Shown here piece after piece: positions 39,019 through 49,300 of a stretch of DNA of 64,000 bases. Source of the stretch: Patescibacteria group bacterium (GTDB lineage Bacteria > Patescibacteriota > Minisyncoccia > Phycocordibacterales > UBA9973). The position numbers were made by a program, and so were the translations under genes. The first letter of the stretch is position 1; every line of letters begins with the position of its first letter. The notes below the pieces were generated by a model. It was not told the origin of the DNA. It did no database searches and saw only the letters and a list, made by a program, of their open reading frames with translations. Where the stretch lies: contig JAZKBO010000006.1 in the NCBI GenBank assembly GCA_040388575.1, forward strand, positions 43,250 through 107,249, read 5' to 3'.

Positions 39019-41277
39019 CTACGGAGTGGTACGGAACCAATTTCTATTCAATATCGAGAAGTCGATGGAATTAACTATGCCGTCATGGTTGAGGTCCGAT
39101 TGTGCATTTGATGTAAACCAGACTGCACTCATGATGGACCAGTCGAGGGAGTTTACTATATTGTCATTATTTAAGTCGCCAGCAAGCGGTACGGTTATTG
39201 GTGATGGAGTGGGTGCGGGAGTAGGGGTAACTGAACAAGATGGTTCACCATTTACTATTGTCCATTTAGGGGAACTAGTAGGATCCCAGCGATACCAACC
39301 AACAGTGGCGGAACGTGGGTCATGGACATAAACTATTTTGTTTACATATTTATATATATCGCCACTTGCGCCACCCAACTGGCTTGGTTGAAGAGAGTAT
39401 GCTCCATCTTTTAATGTCCAACCAAAATCAATTGTAAATAAATTGCCTGCATTATTCATTATGGAAGTAGCCTTTGTACAATCAGAAGATTCTACTAAAG
39501 GTGTTGGGGTGGGTGTCGGAGTTGGTGAAGGTGTAGGACTTGGTGTTGGGGACGGAGACGGACTAGGAGTTGGGTTCGGTGTTGGCCCAGGACCAGGTGG
39601 TGGTAATGTCGGGAAGCCAGCACTCGTGCGAACATTGTAAACAAAGATACCCGGTTTAGTTTGTGCAAATGTGGAATTATCAATATTACGAACTCCCACA
39701 ATGATTTGGTTCGCTACTGGATCATATGCGACTGCTACTGCACCAAAATTATTAGCGCAAACACCGGCACCGTTCGCACCGCAATGTGGATTAGGGCGGA
39801 TAGGGCTAGGAAAAGTTGGCATCCATTCCGCAACTGGATTTGGAGCATTTGATGCTATGGTTCCCTGGATAACTTTGCCTAAATCTTTCATATCATAAAC
39901 CTGAAATACGTCATCCACGCGCATAGGCCCTGGTTGAGCATGACAATAATGCCCTGCGGAGCCTTTGGCAAAACCTCCGACGAGTGGGGGCACTACTGGT
40001 ACAGGTCCGTATGAAGAAAGCGTCCAAGTAATATCATTTGTGGATGTATTAACTGTATCAACAATAATATCCATAGATGTTCCATTGCAATTTTGACCAC
40101 CAACTGGGCCAATTTGAAGCTCAATACCATCACCTTTTTGAATGGAAGTACCATCTGCTAATGTTAAATTAGAGAGTCTGGCTGAATTAAGTGTAGGCGC
40201 AGGACTCCCTAAAATTGTAGCGTCGAATTTACCATCACTCTTTTCTATCATACAAAAGTACCCTTGCACTGCGTCACTCCAAACTGGTGTACATACTAGT
40301 CCATCTGTATTTAAAACAAAGCCATGACCATTGTAAGAACTCCAGCCTCCATACTCATCCCGCACATTAGCGAAGCCAAGCATCCGCGCTGGCGTCGGAA
40401 TGCCAGTTGGCCAAAGACTTGTTGTACTATTGTATGGATAAAATAAAGCGAGGTGGTGTTGTACCCAATTGGCAGTTGTAGTTGGGCAACCAGCTAAGTT
40501 AGTAGGTGGCAGAAAAGTAGCAAGCGAAGGCCCGTGCGAATAGTCCGCTCCATTCACTGATTCCCAAGGGCCGCCAAATCCAGCGGCGAGCCTCTCGCCC
40601 GCAGGCAAATAGTCTGTTACGAACCATGGCGGCAAAGCAGCGACTCCGTGGCTCGTAATGTTAGGACGTTGGTTTTGAAATCCAAAACAACCTACATCAG
40701 CTCCCGTGTGAGTGGCGTCATTAAGAGTAGATTGGACGATAGTCGGGTCTGGAGTACTGTTTGTATAAAGATTAGCAAAATTAGAATATAATTTCTGACC
40801 TTGCTCATCCCAATATAGCCCTATGCCGGCGCACTGATTACATGGAATGCCGCTAGGGTTTGGTGCCGATAAATTAGGTAAACTCCAGTCCGTACCGACA
40901 ACTCCCCAACTCCCTCCCCAACTTGGATGAATTGCTTGATTGTATGGATAAGTAGTACGATAAGCAGCCTGACCTGGATCAAGATAATCGAAAAGATAAT
41001 TTTGATACTGACCACAACCAAATCCGGCGCGGGTTAAGAAATGTCTGACTCCATTTTCATATCGAACAGTAAGCCCATTAATAGCAAATGCGCATTCATC
41101 AGGTAGAAGAAAGCCTCCGGCAAATTGTAAATCACCTTGACCTAAGACAGCCAGGCTTGTCGCCGCTTGTGCCTGATTCGGATTGTAAGTTATATTTATC
41201 TGACCAACTAGAAAAACTCCTACAAATATACTTACAGCTATTAATATCCCCCAATGAGCGTTACGATGTTGATGCAT
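39019..41277 (-). CDS. Secreted dockerin-tagged protein, paralog family member 4 (most divergent core).
   Basis: 752 aa. 'MHQHRNAHWGILIAVSIFVGVFLVGQINITYNPNQAQAA'. Linker '[23 protein letters not shown]'. C-terminal dockerin 'AGDLNNDNIVNSLDWSIMSAVWFTSNAQSDLNHDGIVNSIDFSILNRNWF'. Confidence 0.7.
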   Translation of the reverse strand: MHQHRNAHWGILIAVSIFVGVFLVGQINITYNPNQAQAATSLAVLGQGDLQFAGGFLLPDECAFAINGLTVRYENGVRHFLTRAGFGCGQYQNYLFDYLDPGQAAYRTTYPYNQAIHPSWGGSWGVVGTDWSLPNLSAPNPSGIPCNQCAGIGLYWDEQGQKLYSNFANLYTNSTPDPTIVQSTLNDATHTGADVGCFGFQNQRPNITSHGVAALPPWFVTDYLPAGERLAAGFGGPWESVNGADYSHGPSLATFLPPTNLAGCPTTTANWVQHHLALFYPYNSTTSLWPTGIPTPARMLGFANVRDEYGGWSSYNGHGFVLNTDGLVCTPVWSDAVQGYFCMIEKSDGKFDATILGSPAPTLNSARLSNLTLADGTSIQKGDGIELQIGPVGGQNCNGTSMDIIVDTVNTSTNDITWTLSSYGPVPVVPPLVGGFAKGSAGHYCHAQPGPMRVDDVFQVYDMKDLGKVIQGTIASNAPNPVAEWMPTFPSPIRPNPHCGANGAGVCANNFGAVAVAYDPVANQIIVGVRNIDNSTFAQTKPGIFVYNVRTSAGFPTLPPPGPGPTPNPTPSPSPSPTPSPTPSPTPTPTPTPLVESSDCTKATSIMNNAGNLFTIDFGWTLKDGAYSLQPSQLGGASGDIYKYVNKIVYVHDPRSATVGWYRWDPTSSPKWTIVNGEPSCSVTPTPAPTPSPITVPLAGDLNNDNIVNSLDWSIMSAVWFTSNAQSDLNHDGIVNSIDFSILNRNWFRTTP

Positions 41278-41300
41278 GTTAATAATATGAATTAATAATT

Positions 41301-43613
41301 TTAGCTTCCAGTGGTTCTAAACCAGTTACGATTAAGAATCGAGAAGTCGATGGAATTAACTATGCCATCATGGTTGAGGTCTGCTTGCGCATTTGAAGTA
41401 AACCAAACAGAGCTCATGATGGACCAGTCTAAACTATTTACTATTCCATCACTATTCAAGTCCCCTGCTAATGGTATTACTATCGGTGATGGTGATGGTG
41501 ATGGTGCAGGTGCGGGAGTAACTGTGCACATTGGTTCAGATGCTCCGACTAATACCCAATATTTTGTAGTTTCGTTCCAGCTATACCAAAGATTGTCTCG
41601 ATTATCTTTTACGTTAACAATTCCATTTACAAATTTATATACTGATCCTGATGCTCCGGGCAAACTGCCGCCGCCGGGTAGTGAATAAGCACCGTCACGC
41701 ATTGTCCAGCCGCCTCCACTACCATTTGCAGCAAAAGTCCAAGTGTGGCCGAGGACATCGGTTCCTGCTGAAACTAAAGTACAAGGTGCACCTGACGATG
41801 GAGGAGTTGGAGTTGATATAGGTGATGGAGTTGGACTAGGAGATGGTGATGGCGAGGGACTAGGTGAAGGCTGTGGAGCAATTGGTGGAGTAACAGCATT
41901 TGGGCCGACATTGAAAACATAAATTGCGTTAGAAACCGCACCGATAAGACTACCAGCATCAGTAAATCCAATCATTATTTGGTGAGCTTGTGGATCAGTC
42001 ATAGTACTTACCGGACCATGGTGCTCACCTCCAACTGTAACACCGTGCCCGGAAGAAGGAGAACCAAAGCCTGTAACTAAAGTTGTTAAATCCATTTCCT
42101 GGTTATAACTAACATCATATGGGTGGATGGCGCCAGAAAGTACCTGACCGTATTGAGCTGGGTCGTAAATTTGGAGAAGGTATGTAGCACGGGAACATGT
42201 AGGTGAACCGTGAGCATATAGGCAGCCAAGGTAGACTGCGCCGCCTACAACTGGCAGATGATTACCACTGCTATAGTCTGGGCTTGTAATATGGAATGCT
42301 ACCCGGCCAGTCGAGGGAGTAACTGAATCAACGATAGCAAAAGATAAATGTCTGTCATTGCCTCCCTCTGCGCAATTGAGGTCTATGCCTGGAGCGCAAG
42401 TTTGGATCCAAATAGTATCGCCTGGATTAATATTATTACCATCATGAGTGTCTGTAGAAGTTACATACATTGTGCCAGTTGGAAATCCATATGGATTCAA
42501 AGAAGGTGTATCGAAAGTAGGGGGAGGAGTAGCACGCACTGTGGTATTAGCCCAACCTTCAGTATTCTGAATAGGAACTACAACACCTTGTTTTACACCA
42601 TCGTCATACCAACCCATAGAAAAACCTGTGCCGAAACCCATCCAACCATGCCCCTGCCAAGGATTCCAGTCCGGATAATACATATCTAAAGAGTAATTGG
42701 TAAATGCAAGCTTCGCAGGATATGGTGGCGTCGGTGCACTGGTAGGAGTACATCCTAGAGTCGGACCTGAAACATTAGTGAGTGAGCAGTGTGGCCCGTT
42801 ACTATTTTGACCATACTGCACTAGAGTTGTTGCACCACTAACAAAGTTATCTACGCCAGTTGCACATGGATTACCAGAGGGAGGCACAATTGCAAACAAT
42901 GTTGGCCCAAGTGAGAGACCCGCGTAGGAAGCTGTGGCACCACCCCAACCAACGGCCCACCTTGTTCCAGCAGGAAGATATGACGATATAAATGAACTTG
43001 GAATATTTAATACCCCTCCACCCTCTTGTGACTGATTGACATTAGAGAGGCCCCAACAACCAGTGACGACAAGCCGATGAGTAGAAGCATCAGTGGTGGC
43101 AGCTGCGAAGGAATTGTGTGGCGGTGAATTTGAATATGTATTAGTCCAATTCAACATCAATTGATTAGTAGCGTTATCATAAGTTAACCCATTACCGTAA
43201 GTTGCTCCAGTCCCTGGAATGAAGTTGTTGCCGGCACTTACATTAAAAGTACCCCAATCCCCGCCCCAACTTTCGGAGTGGGCTCTGTTGGCTTGTGTAA
43301 GCGGCGTATTACAAGGCGAAAGTGTAGGCTCTGGAAATTCAACCACGTGGCCTGTACCCTCATACATAAAATAATGACGGTTACCATTTTCATAACGCAT
43401 AGTCATTGGATAAGCTGAGGTGTAACTACCAGCATTAACATGAGGTGTCAGAAATACTCCAGCACAAGTAAGGTCAGAGGTTTGGAGAAGGCTGCTTGCC
43501 GCTTCTGCCTGTTCAGGATTGTAAGTTATATTTATCTGGCCGACTAGAAAAACTCCGACAAATATACTTACTGCTACTAGTATCCCCCAATGAGCGTTAC
43601 GATGTTGGTGCAT
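41301..43613 (-). CDS. Secreted dockerin-tagged protein, paralog family member 5.
   Basis: 770 aa. 'MHQHRNAHWGILVAVSIFVGVFLVGQINITYNPEQAEAA'. About 70% identical to member 2 through the core (CAGVFLTP, MRYENGNRHYFMY, PCNTP, GHGWMGF, QIYDPAQYGQV). Dockerin 'AGDLNSDGIVNSLDWSIMSSVWFTSNAQADLNHDGIVNSIDFSILNRNWF'. Confidence 0.7.
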   Translation of the reverse strand: MHQHRNAHWGILVAVSIFVGVFLVGQINITYNPEQAEAASSLLQTSDLTCAGVFLTPHVNAGSYTSAYPMTMRYENGNRHYFMYEGTGHVVEFPEPTLSPCNTPLTQANRAHSESWGGDWGTFNVSAGNNFIPGTGATYGNGLTYDNATNQLMLNWTNTYSNSPPHNSFAAATTDASTHRLVVTGCWGLSNVNQSQEGGGVLNIPSSFISSYLPAGTRWAVGWGGATASYAGLSLGPTLFAIVPPSGNPCATGVDNFVSGATTLVQYGQNSNGPHCSLTNVSGPTLGCTPTSAPTPPYPAKLAFTNYSLDMYYPDWNPWQGHGWMGFGTGFSMGWYDDGVKQGVVVPIQNTEGWANTTVRATPPPTFDTPSLNPYGFPTGTMYVTSTDTHDGNNINPGDTIWIQTCAPGIDLNCAEGGNDRHLSFAIVDSVTPSTGRVAFHITSPDYSSGNHLPVVGGAVYLGCLYAHGSPTCSRATYLLQIYDPAQYGQVLSGAIHPYDVSYNQEMDLTTLVTGFGSPSSGHGVTVGGEHHGPVSTMTDPQAHQIMIGFTDAGSLIGAVSNAIYVFNVGPNAVTPPIAPQPSPSPSPSPSPSPTPSPISTPTPPSSGAPCTLVSAGTDVLGHTWTFAANGSGGGWTMRDGAYSLPGGGSLPGASGSVYKFVNGIVNVKDNRDNLWYSWNETTKYWVLVGASEPMCTVTPAPAPSPSPSPIVIPLAGDLNSDGIVNSLDWSIMSSVWFTSNAQADLNHDGIVNSIDFSILNRNWFRTTGS

Positions 43614-43637
43614 TATAATTTATATTAATTAATAATT

Positions 43638-46259
43638 TTAGCTTCCAGTTCTAAACCAATTTCTGTTTAAAATTGAGAAGTCGATGGAGTTTACTATACC
43701 GTCGTGGTTAAGGTCAGCCGCAGAGTTGGAAGTAAACCAAACTGCACTCATGATGGACCAATCGAGAGAGTTTACGATGTTGTCATTATTTAAGTCGCCA
43801 GCGAGAGGTACTGTAATTGGGGATGGAGTTGGTGCGGGGGTTGGGGCCGGAGAAGGAGCAGGAGTTGAAGTGGGGGTAGTATTATTTGCGGACCAATTAT
43901 CCAGCCGAGTGATTTGATGAAACGCGCCATATATAAATATTCCTGGTTGGCCATTCGCAATATTCGAATCTGTAACTGTAGCTTGCAGCACACCATTCTT
44001 ATACGCAGTTAAAGTAGTGCCGACAACTTGTAACTTCATAACATCGCCTTGAGATATGGTGGAAAGATTTTGAACGAGCGTGCTGAATGTGCCATTTATT
44101 ACTTTATCAATTTTGCCTTTACCTGCATTATCAACAGAGTAAATATATGCTTTTCGTGAGTCTTGCCTGCCGGACGCTCGAACTATCACGCCAGGATCCT
44201 CACCATACGCTGGCACAGAAGCCACAGTAGCTTGAGAATATTGATCCGCGTTAAATGTATTCGCCGCCCAAACTGATTCAGTTTCATAAGTACTAATCAC
44301 GTCTTGATCCGCAGTGTTATTGATTATGTCAAAGCCACCAATCATTGTTGACCAGTTTGATCCTAAACTTGTCGCGTCAGCGCGATCGAAATTATCACTT
44401 ACTCCGCTACCTGGTACGGGCGTAGAAGAAATTGGATTTACAGGTGGCGCCGAAGGGCTAGGAGTTGAAGGAGACGGCGCGACTGGTGAAGGTTGCGGCG
44501 CTGTCGGTGGAGTGACAGAATTTGATCCGGTATTGAAAACATAAACTGCGTTCGCAATTACCCCGATGAGGCCGTCTCCACCTTTAAATGCGATCATAAT
44601 TTGATGCGCCGCAGGGTCAGTAATTGTACTAACTGGGTTGTGCGCATCAATCCCTTGATTTTTAACTCCCCCACCCGCACAAGAAGGACAACCGAAGCCT
44701 TTAACTAAAGTAGTCAGGTCCATTTCGGTATCGTATCTAACATTGTACGGTAAGCGGGTGCCCGCTATTACTTCCGCATATTGAGCTGGATCATAAACCT
44801 GTAAGCGGTAAGTTCCGCGGGAATAACTTGGGCTGCCGTGGAAATAACTTGAACCAAAGTATACTAGCCCGCCAGGAACTGGTGCGTGATTACCAGTACC
44901 ACTATCATAACCAGCGTTATGATAATCCACTCGGTTAGTACTTGGATCGACCGCATCAATAACAGCAAAAGATATATCATTACCGTTAGCAACGAAGCAA
45001 CCAGGTCCGTCCACACCTACAGTACAAGTTTTAACCCAAATCAAATCCCCCACATTCATATTATTGCCATCGTTAGTAGAAACTGAAGAAAGGTACATGG
45101 TACCGTTGGCGCCATTATTAGTAACAGAAGGCGCTGGGTTTGCTAAAATTGTCGGATTCGCCCAACCTTCCATTACTTCTGTCGGCACTACTACCCCACC
45201 TTTTATTCCATCATCATACCAGCCTATAGATCCAGCAGTGCCGAAAGTGTACCAGCCATGCCCCGCGTAAGGAGTCCAGCCTTCAGGATATGTAGTATTG
45301 GAATATTGATTGAACGACATTTGCGCTGGATAAGGTGGAGTTGGTGGTTGTGTTGGAGTACAACCATAAATTCCAGTAGAATTCGGAATGAAACAAGTAG
45401 GCCCAATACCATTAGCTGGATACTCTGCGAGCACTTTAAGGAGTGGAATTAAATTGTTTGTATGGGGTGCACATGGATTTGGTGTTGGTTGGGGGATAGC
45501 GATGAGTGTTGGTCCGTAACTATCTTGTGCAGCTTGCCCTAATGGACCCGCAACTCCCACCGCCCAATGCGCACCTGGTAAATATGTATTTGCAAAACTA
45601 GGAGGAATATTAACAGTAAGCCCTCCTGTATATAGAGTGTTACGATTATTAAGACCCCAACACCCTTGAACATTGAGCGTATGATTGGTACTATTTAATG
45701 TTGCAGCAGCAAAAGTATTACGGTAGCCGGAATTACTATATGTACCAGTCCAGTTCAAAACTAATTGGTTTATGGTGTCATCATATAACAAACCAAAGGC
45801 ACCAGTGGACGCATTACCATTGCCAGGAATATAATCCTGAGCTTCACTTACCGGAAAAGCACCCCAATCCCCACCCCAGCTTTCCATGTGGGCACGATTA
45901 GCACCAGCAAGAGATGTGTTACAAGGTGAAAGAGTTGGCTCTGGAAACTCCACTATGTGGCCTGTACCGTCATACATAAAGTAATGGCGGTTGCCATTTT
46001 CGTAACGCATGGTCATAGGGTAATAAGAAGTATAGCCTTGATACTGAACCCATGGAGTGATGAACATTCCAGCGCAGGTTAAGTCAGAGGTTTTAAGTAG
46101 GCTTGTTGCTGCCTCAGCTTGTTTAGGATTGTAAGTTAAACTAATTTGCCCAACCAAAAAAACAGTAACCAAAACAGCTACTGCTAAGAATATACTCCAA
46201 TGCACTTGATGATGCTTCGGATCCTGATGCCACTCGTAATACGTTTGTTCTATGCTCAT
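43638..46259 (-). CDS. Secreted dockerin-tagged protein, paralog family member 6, with an inserted concanavalin-A-like/LamG-like lectin-fold domain before the dockerin.
   Basis: 873 aa. 'MSIEQTYYEWHQDPKHHQVHWSIFLAVAVLVTVFLVGQISLTYNPKQAEAA'. Family core motifs present. Extra domain 'FDRADATSLGSNWSTMIGGFDIINNTAD…PGVIVRASGRQDSRKAYIYSVDNAGKGKIDKVINGTF…GVLQATVTDSNIANGQPGIFIYGAFHQITRLDNW' (about 43880..44430). C-terminal dockerin 'AGDLNNDNIVNSLDWSIMSAVWFTSNSAADLNHDGIVNSIDFSILNRNWF'. Confidence 0.7.
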   Translation of the reverse strand: MSIEQTYYEWHQDPKHHQVHWSIFLAVAVLVTVFLVGQISLTYNPKQAEAATSLLKTSDLTCAGMFITPWVQYQGYTSYYPMTMRYENGNRHYFMYDGTGHIVEFPEPTLSPCNTSLAGANRAHMESWGGDWGAFPVSEAQDYIPGNGNASTGAFGLLYDDTINQLVLNWTGTYSNSGYRNTFAAATLNSTNHTLNVQGCWGLNNRNTLYTGGLTVNIPPSFANTYLPGAHWAVGVAGPLGQAAQDSYGPTLIAIPQPTPNPCAPHTNNLIPLLKVLAEYPANGIGPTCFIPNSTGIYGCTPTQPPTPPYPAQMSFNQYSNTTYPEGWTPYAGHGWYTFGTAGSIGWYDDGIKGGVVVPTEVMEGWANPTILANPAPSVTNNGANGTMYLSSVSTNDGNNMNVGDLIWVKTCTVGVDGPGCFVANGNDISFAVIDAVDPSTNRVDYHNAGYDSGTGNHAPVPGGLVYFGSSYFHGSPSYSRGTYRLQVYDPAQYAEVIAGTRLPYNVRYDTEMDLTTLVKGFGCPSCAGGGVKNQGIDAHNPVSTITDPAAHQIMIAFKGGDGLIGVIANAVYVFNTGSNSVTPPTAPQPSPVAPSPSTPSPSAPPVNPISSTPVPGSGVSDNFDRADATSLGSNWSTMIGGFDIINNTADQDVISTYETESVWAANTFNADQYSQATVASVPAYGEDPGVIVRASGRQDSRKAYIYSVDNAGKGKIDKVINGTFSTLVQNLSTISQGDVMKLQVVGTTLTAYKNGVLQATVTDSNIANGQPGIFIYGAFHQITRLDNWSANNTTPTSTPAPSPAPTPAPTPSPITVPLAGDLNNDNIVNSLDWSIMSAVWFTSNSAADLNHDGIVNSIDFSILNRNWFRTGS

Positions 46260-46303
46260 GATTTTGCTACAAATTTCTCTTTAATAATAAAATTATAACA
46301 TTT

Positions 46304-49300
46304 TTATGGTGTTGGTGGTGGCTCTGGTGTGGGTTCTGGAGCGGGTGCTGGAGTAGGAGGGGGTGTAGGCGTCGATGCTATACAAGAACCGTCATCGACT
46401 GTGGCCGTTGGATCATAATTTGTTGCAGTGGAATCAGTGCAGCCAGAAACTGCTGTCGGAGCAGGAGGTGGAACTACACAAGAGCCGTCATCGACTGTGG
46501 CCGTTGGATCGTAGTTAGTTGCCGTTGCATCAGTACAGCCCGGAATTGAAGTTGGTGTAGGTGATGGACTTGGACTAGGAGATGGTGATGGAGAAGGAGC
46601 GGGGCTTGGAGCTGGAGCAGGCGCTGGTGGTGGAGTAGGAACATTTACTACAATTGTGCCATTAGTACTGTAACCAGTATCCTTCCCTACTACTAGATAG
46701 TGTACGATAGCTGATACATTGTCTCCATGGATATCAAAAGTTTTAATCTTAAAGCCAACATATTTCTGGTTTGAATCTTTCTTCCAAGAGAGTATTTGAG
46801 CAAATACTGGCTGGTCCGCTTCAGGTGTTAGCTGGATCGATGGCTTGCCAGTACCAAGGTCATAATCGAAGTCTACGTCCGCTTCGCCACTCGCGTCAGT
46901 TGCGATTGAACCAGCAATATTATTATTCTTGATAAAGATTGCCCCCAGTACTTGTGCATCACCGCGAGCATTAATACTAAATACTTCACTACCATTTGAT
47001 TTAACCACCACGAGGTCATCTGTTGAGTTCGAAGTTATAGCGTTTATATTTACTGCACCAGAATTTTGAACCAAGAAGCGGTCAGTGCCATCAGATTGTA
47101 ATTGCAACAAGTCACCTGAACCGTTTTGGTTGATGAGGAATGCAGTGGAGTCAGTATTGGCAATGAGTGAAGTAGTAGCAATTCTTTGCATGGTTACACT
47201 GCCGTCCGCTGCGATGTCAACCGTCGGATCATAATATGAAGTACGAGCGAATACCATTATCTTGTTGCCAGGAGTACCATCATAGTCCGCCAAAGCTTGA
47301 CCGATTATTACTCCAGGCCTGGTAGCTCGCATCGCCTCGCCCGGAGTACTCGAGGAAGTAAGCACATCACCTTTATGAATTGGACCGTTTTCTTCATTAA
47401 CTTTTACGAGTACACGGCCCACTAGCGCGACCGGCATAGGGTTGTCCGCCGCTTTGATGTTGTAACCAGTACTCGAGAAGTCCGCAGTATTGTCGGAAAT
47501 AATTCCGATTAGATTGCCTTGATATGGGGCTCCAGATTTTACTAACTGGGTAATCTGGCCCTTCACGATATTCCAATCCGCGGTTCCAGCAGAATCAGTA
47601 GCATAAGTATCAACTAGATTTGTGCCGATAGAAACCAAGTCGCCTACTTCTATTCCAGCTTCAACTGGGTACATTTCGGCATAGTCGGCACCCGCGGATG
47701 GGTCACAGTCTACTAGTTCATCATTGTTAGCTTTACCAGCGCCAGTGTGACATACCGCATGGGTAGTTTGCGTACCGGTAAAGGAGAGGAACAATTTTCC
47801 ATCTGCTTCGAAATGCGCTTTGATAGTATCCGTGGATTGGCTGTTGTTGGTAGTGTCAGATTCGATCTTAAATACAGTTTGGGTTGATGTTGATTCTTCC
47901 GTATTGATATAGATAGCATCGGCATTATCCGCATCTGCTATTTTTACTGTAAGCTCGCCAGTGTCATCAATGGTGAATTTAGAAGTAGCATTTTTTTGCA
48001 AGTCAACGAAGTTACCAGTGAATCCTCCAGAGCCAGATGCAAAATTCATAATGAGGCCTGTACCGGTGAAAGTAGAAGTATCGGTAGTAAAGTTCACCAA
48101 GTTTGCAGAAGTAATATCGTTGGAGTACGCACGGATTGCATTGCCTGATGTAGGATCGGAGCTATTATTGAGGTCCGCAAAGACTGCTGCAGGTGAAGCT
48201 ACTGCTCCCGCTTCTCCAGTTGTTTCTGCTTGGATACCGAAGGTCTTGCCGAAAGTAGCAATACCAGTATTTATTCCAGCGGTGTTGGTACCAGAGTAAG
48301 CTTGAACTTCTAGTCCGCGAACTGTGTTGATACAGTCTGTAGCCGAGCAGTCATTGTCGATCATTCTGATAAGTTGGCCTACATATGTAGCATCGATTCC
48401 TGAAGCAGAATTTATAGTATTGATAAATCTATTGCCGTACTGGAAGGTACCATCAGTAGTAGTGTTAGTCATAGAATAATTTCCGTAGAATCCAGCAATA
48501 GCGTTTGCTCCCGTTGCCAAAGCGCTGTTCAAACTTGCGTTAACGACAACTGGCCCACCGAAGTTTCCACCACCTGGGCCTACGTTTAAGGAATTTCCTA
48601 CATATAGATCGTTGTTGATGCGAGCACTATCAGTGACATTAAGCGAGCCTAACCCGGCCACCCCGATAGTAGCGCTCGCTGCGTCTACCCCCGCAATATC
48701 AAATGCGCGGAATTCATTTCCGGAAACTGTATCGAGGGCTGCATATAAGTATTTACCTGAAGCAAAGACTTCATTAACTCCGATAGAAACATCCACACCA
48801 CCAACAGCTGATGGTGAGGCTGTATTCGTGACATCCGCGATTCTAAGATCGTTGCCGGAAACTGTTGCAGCCCCGAGGTATGCATATTTACCGTAAACTG
48901 CTACCGAGTTAACATCTGCTCCTACTTCAAGCCCACCAATTTCCGAACCGATTGTTCCCGGATTACTAATATTGTATATCTGGAATTCATCCCCAGAGCC
49001 AGAATCCGTACCAATGTATGCAAAAGCACCGGAGACATATACTGAATTAACCTCTTTAGCAACATTCACACCGTTAGCTGCGGATGGATCGAATGGATTA
49101 GAAATGTCGTAGATAATAAATTCGCAACCAGTAACTGTGGTTCCTGAACATGTGCCGGATGAAGTATCGCGGCCAACATATGCATAAGTACCTTGGACAT
49201 ACACTGAGTTAGCTCGATATTGAGTGCCGGAGTCCACAAAGTCCTCCCCACCAACTGCCGCGGGGCTTGCCGGATTTGTTATGTCGTAAATTGAAAATTC

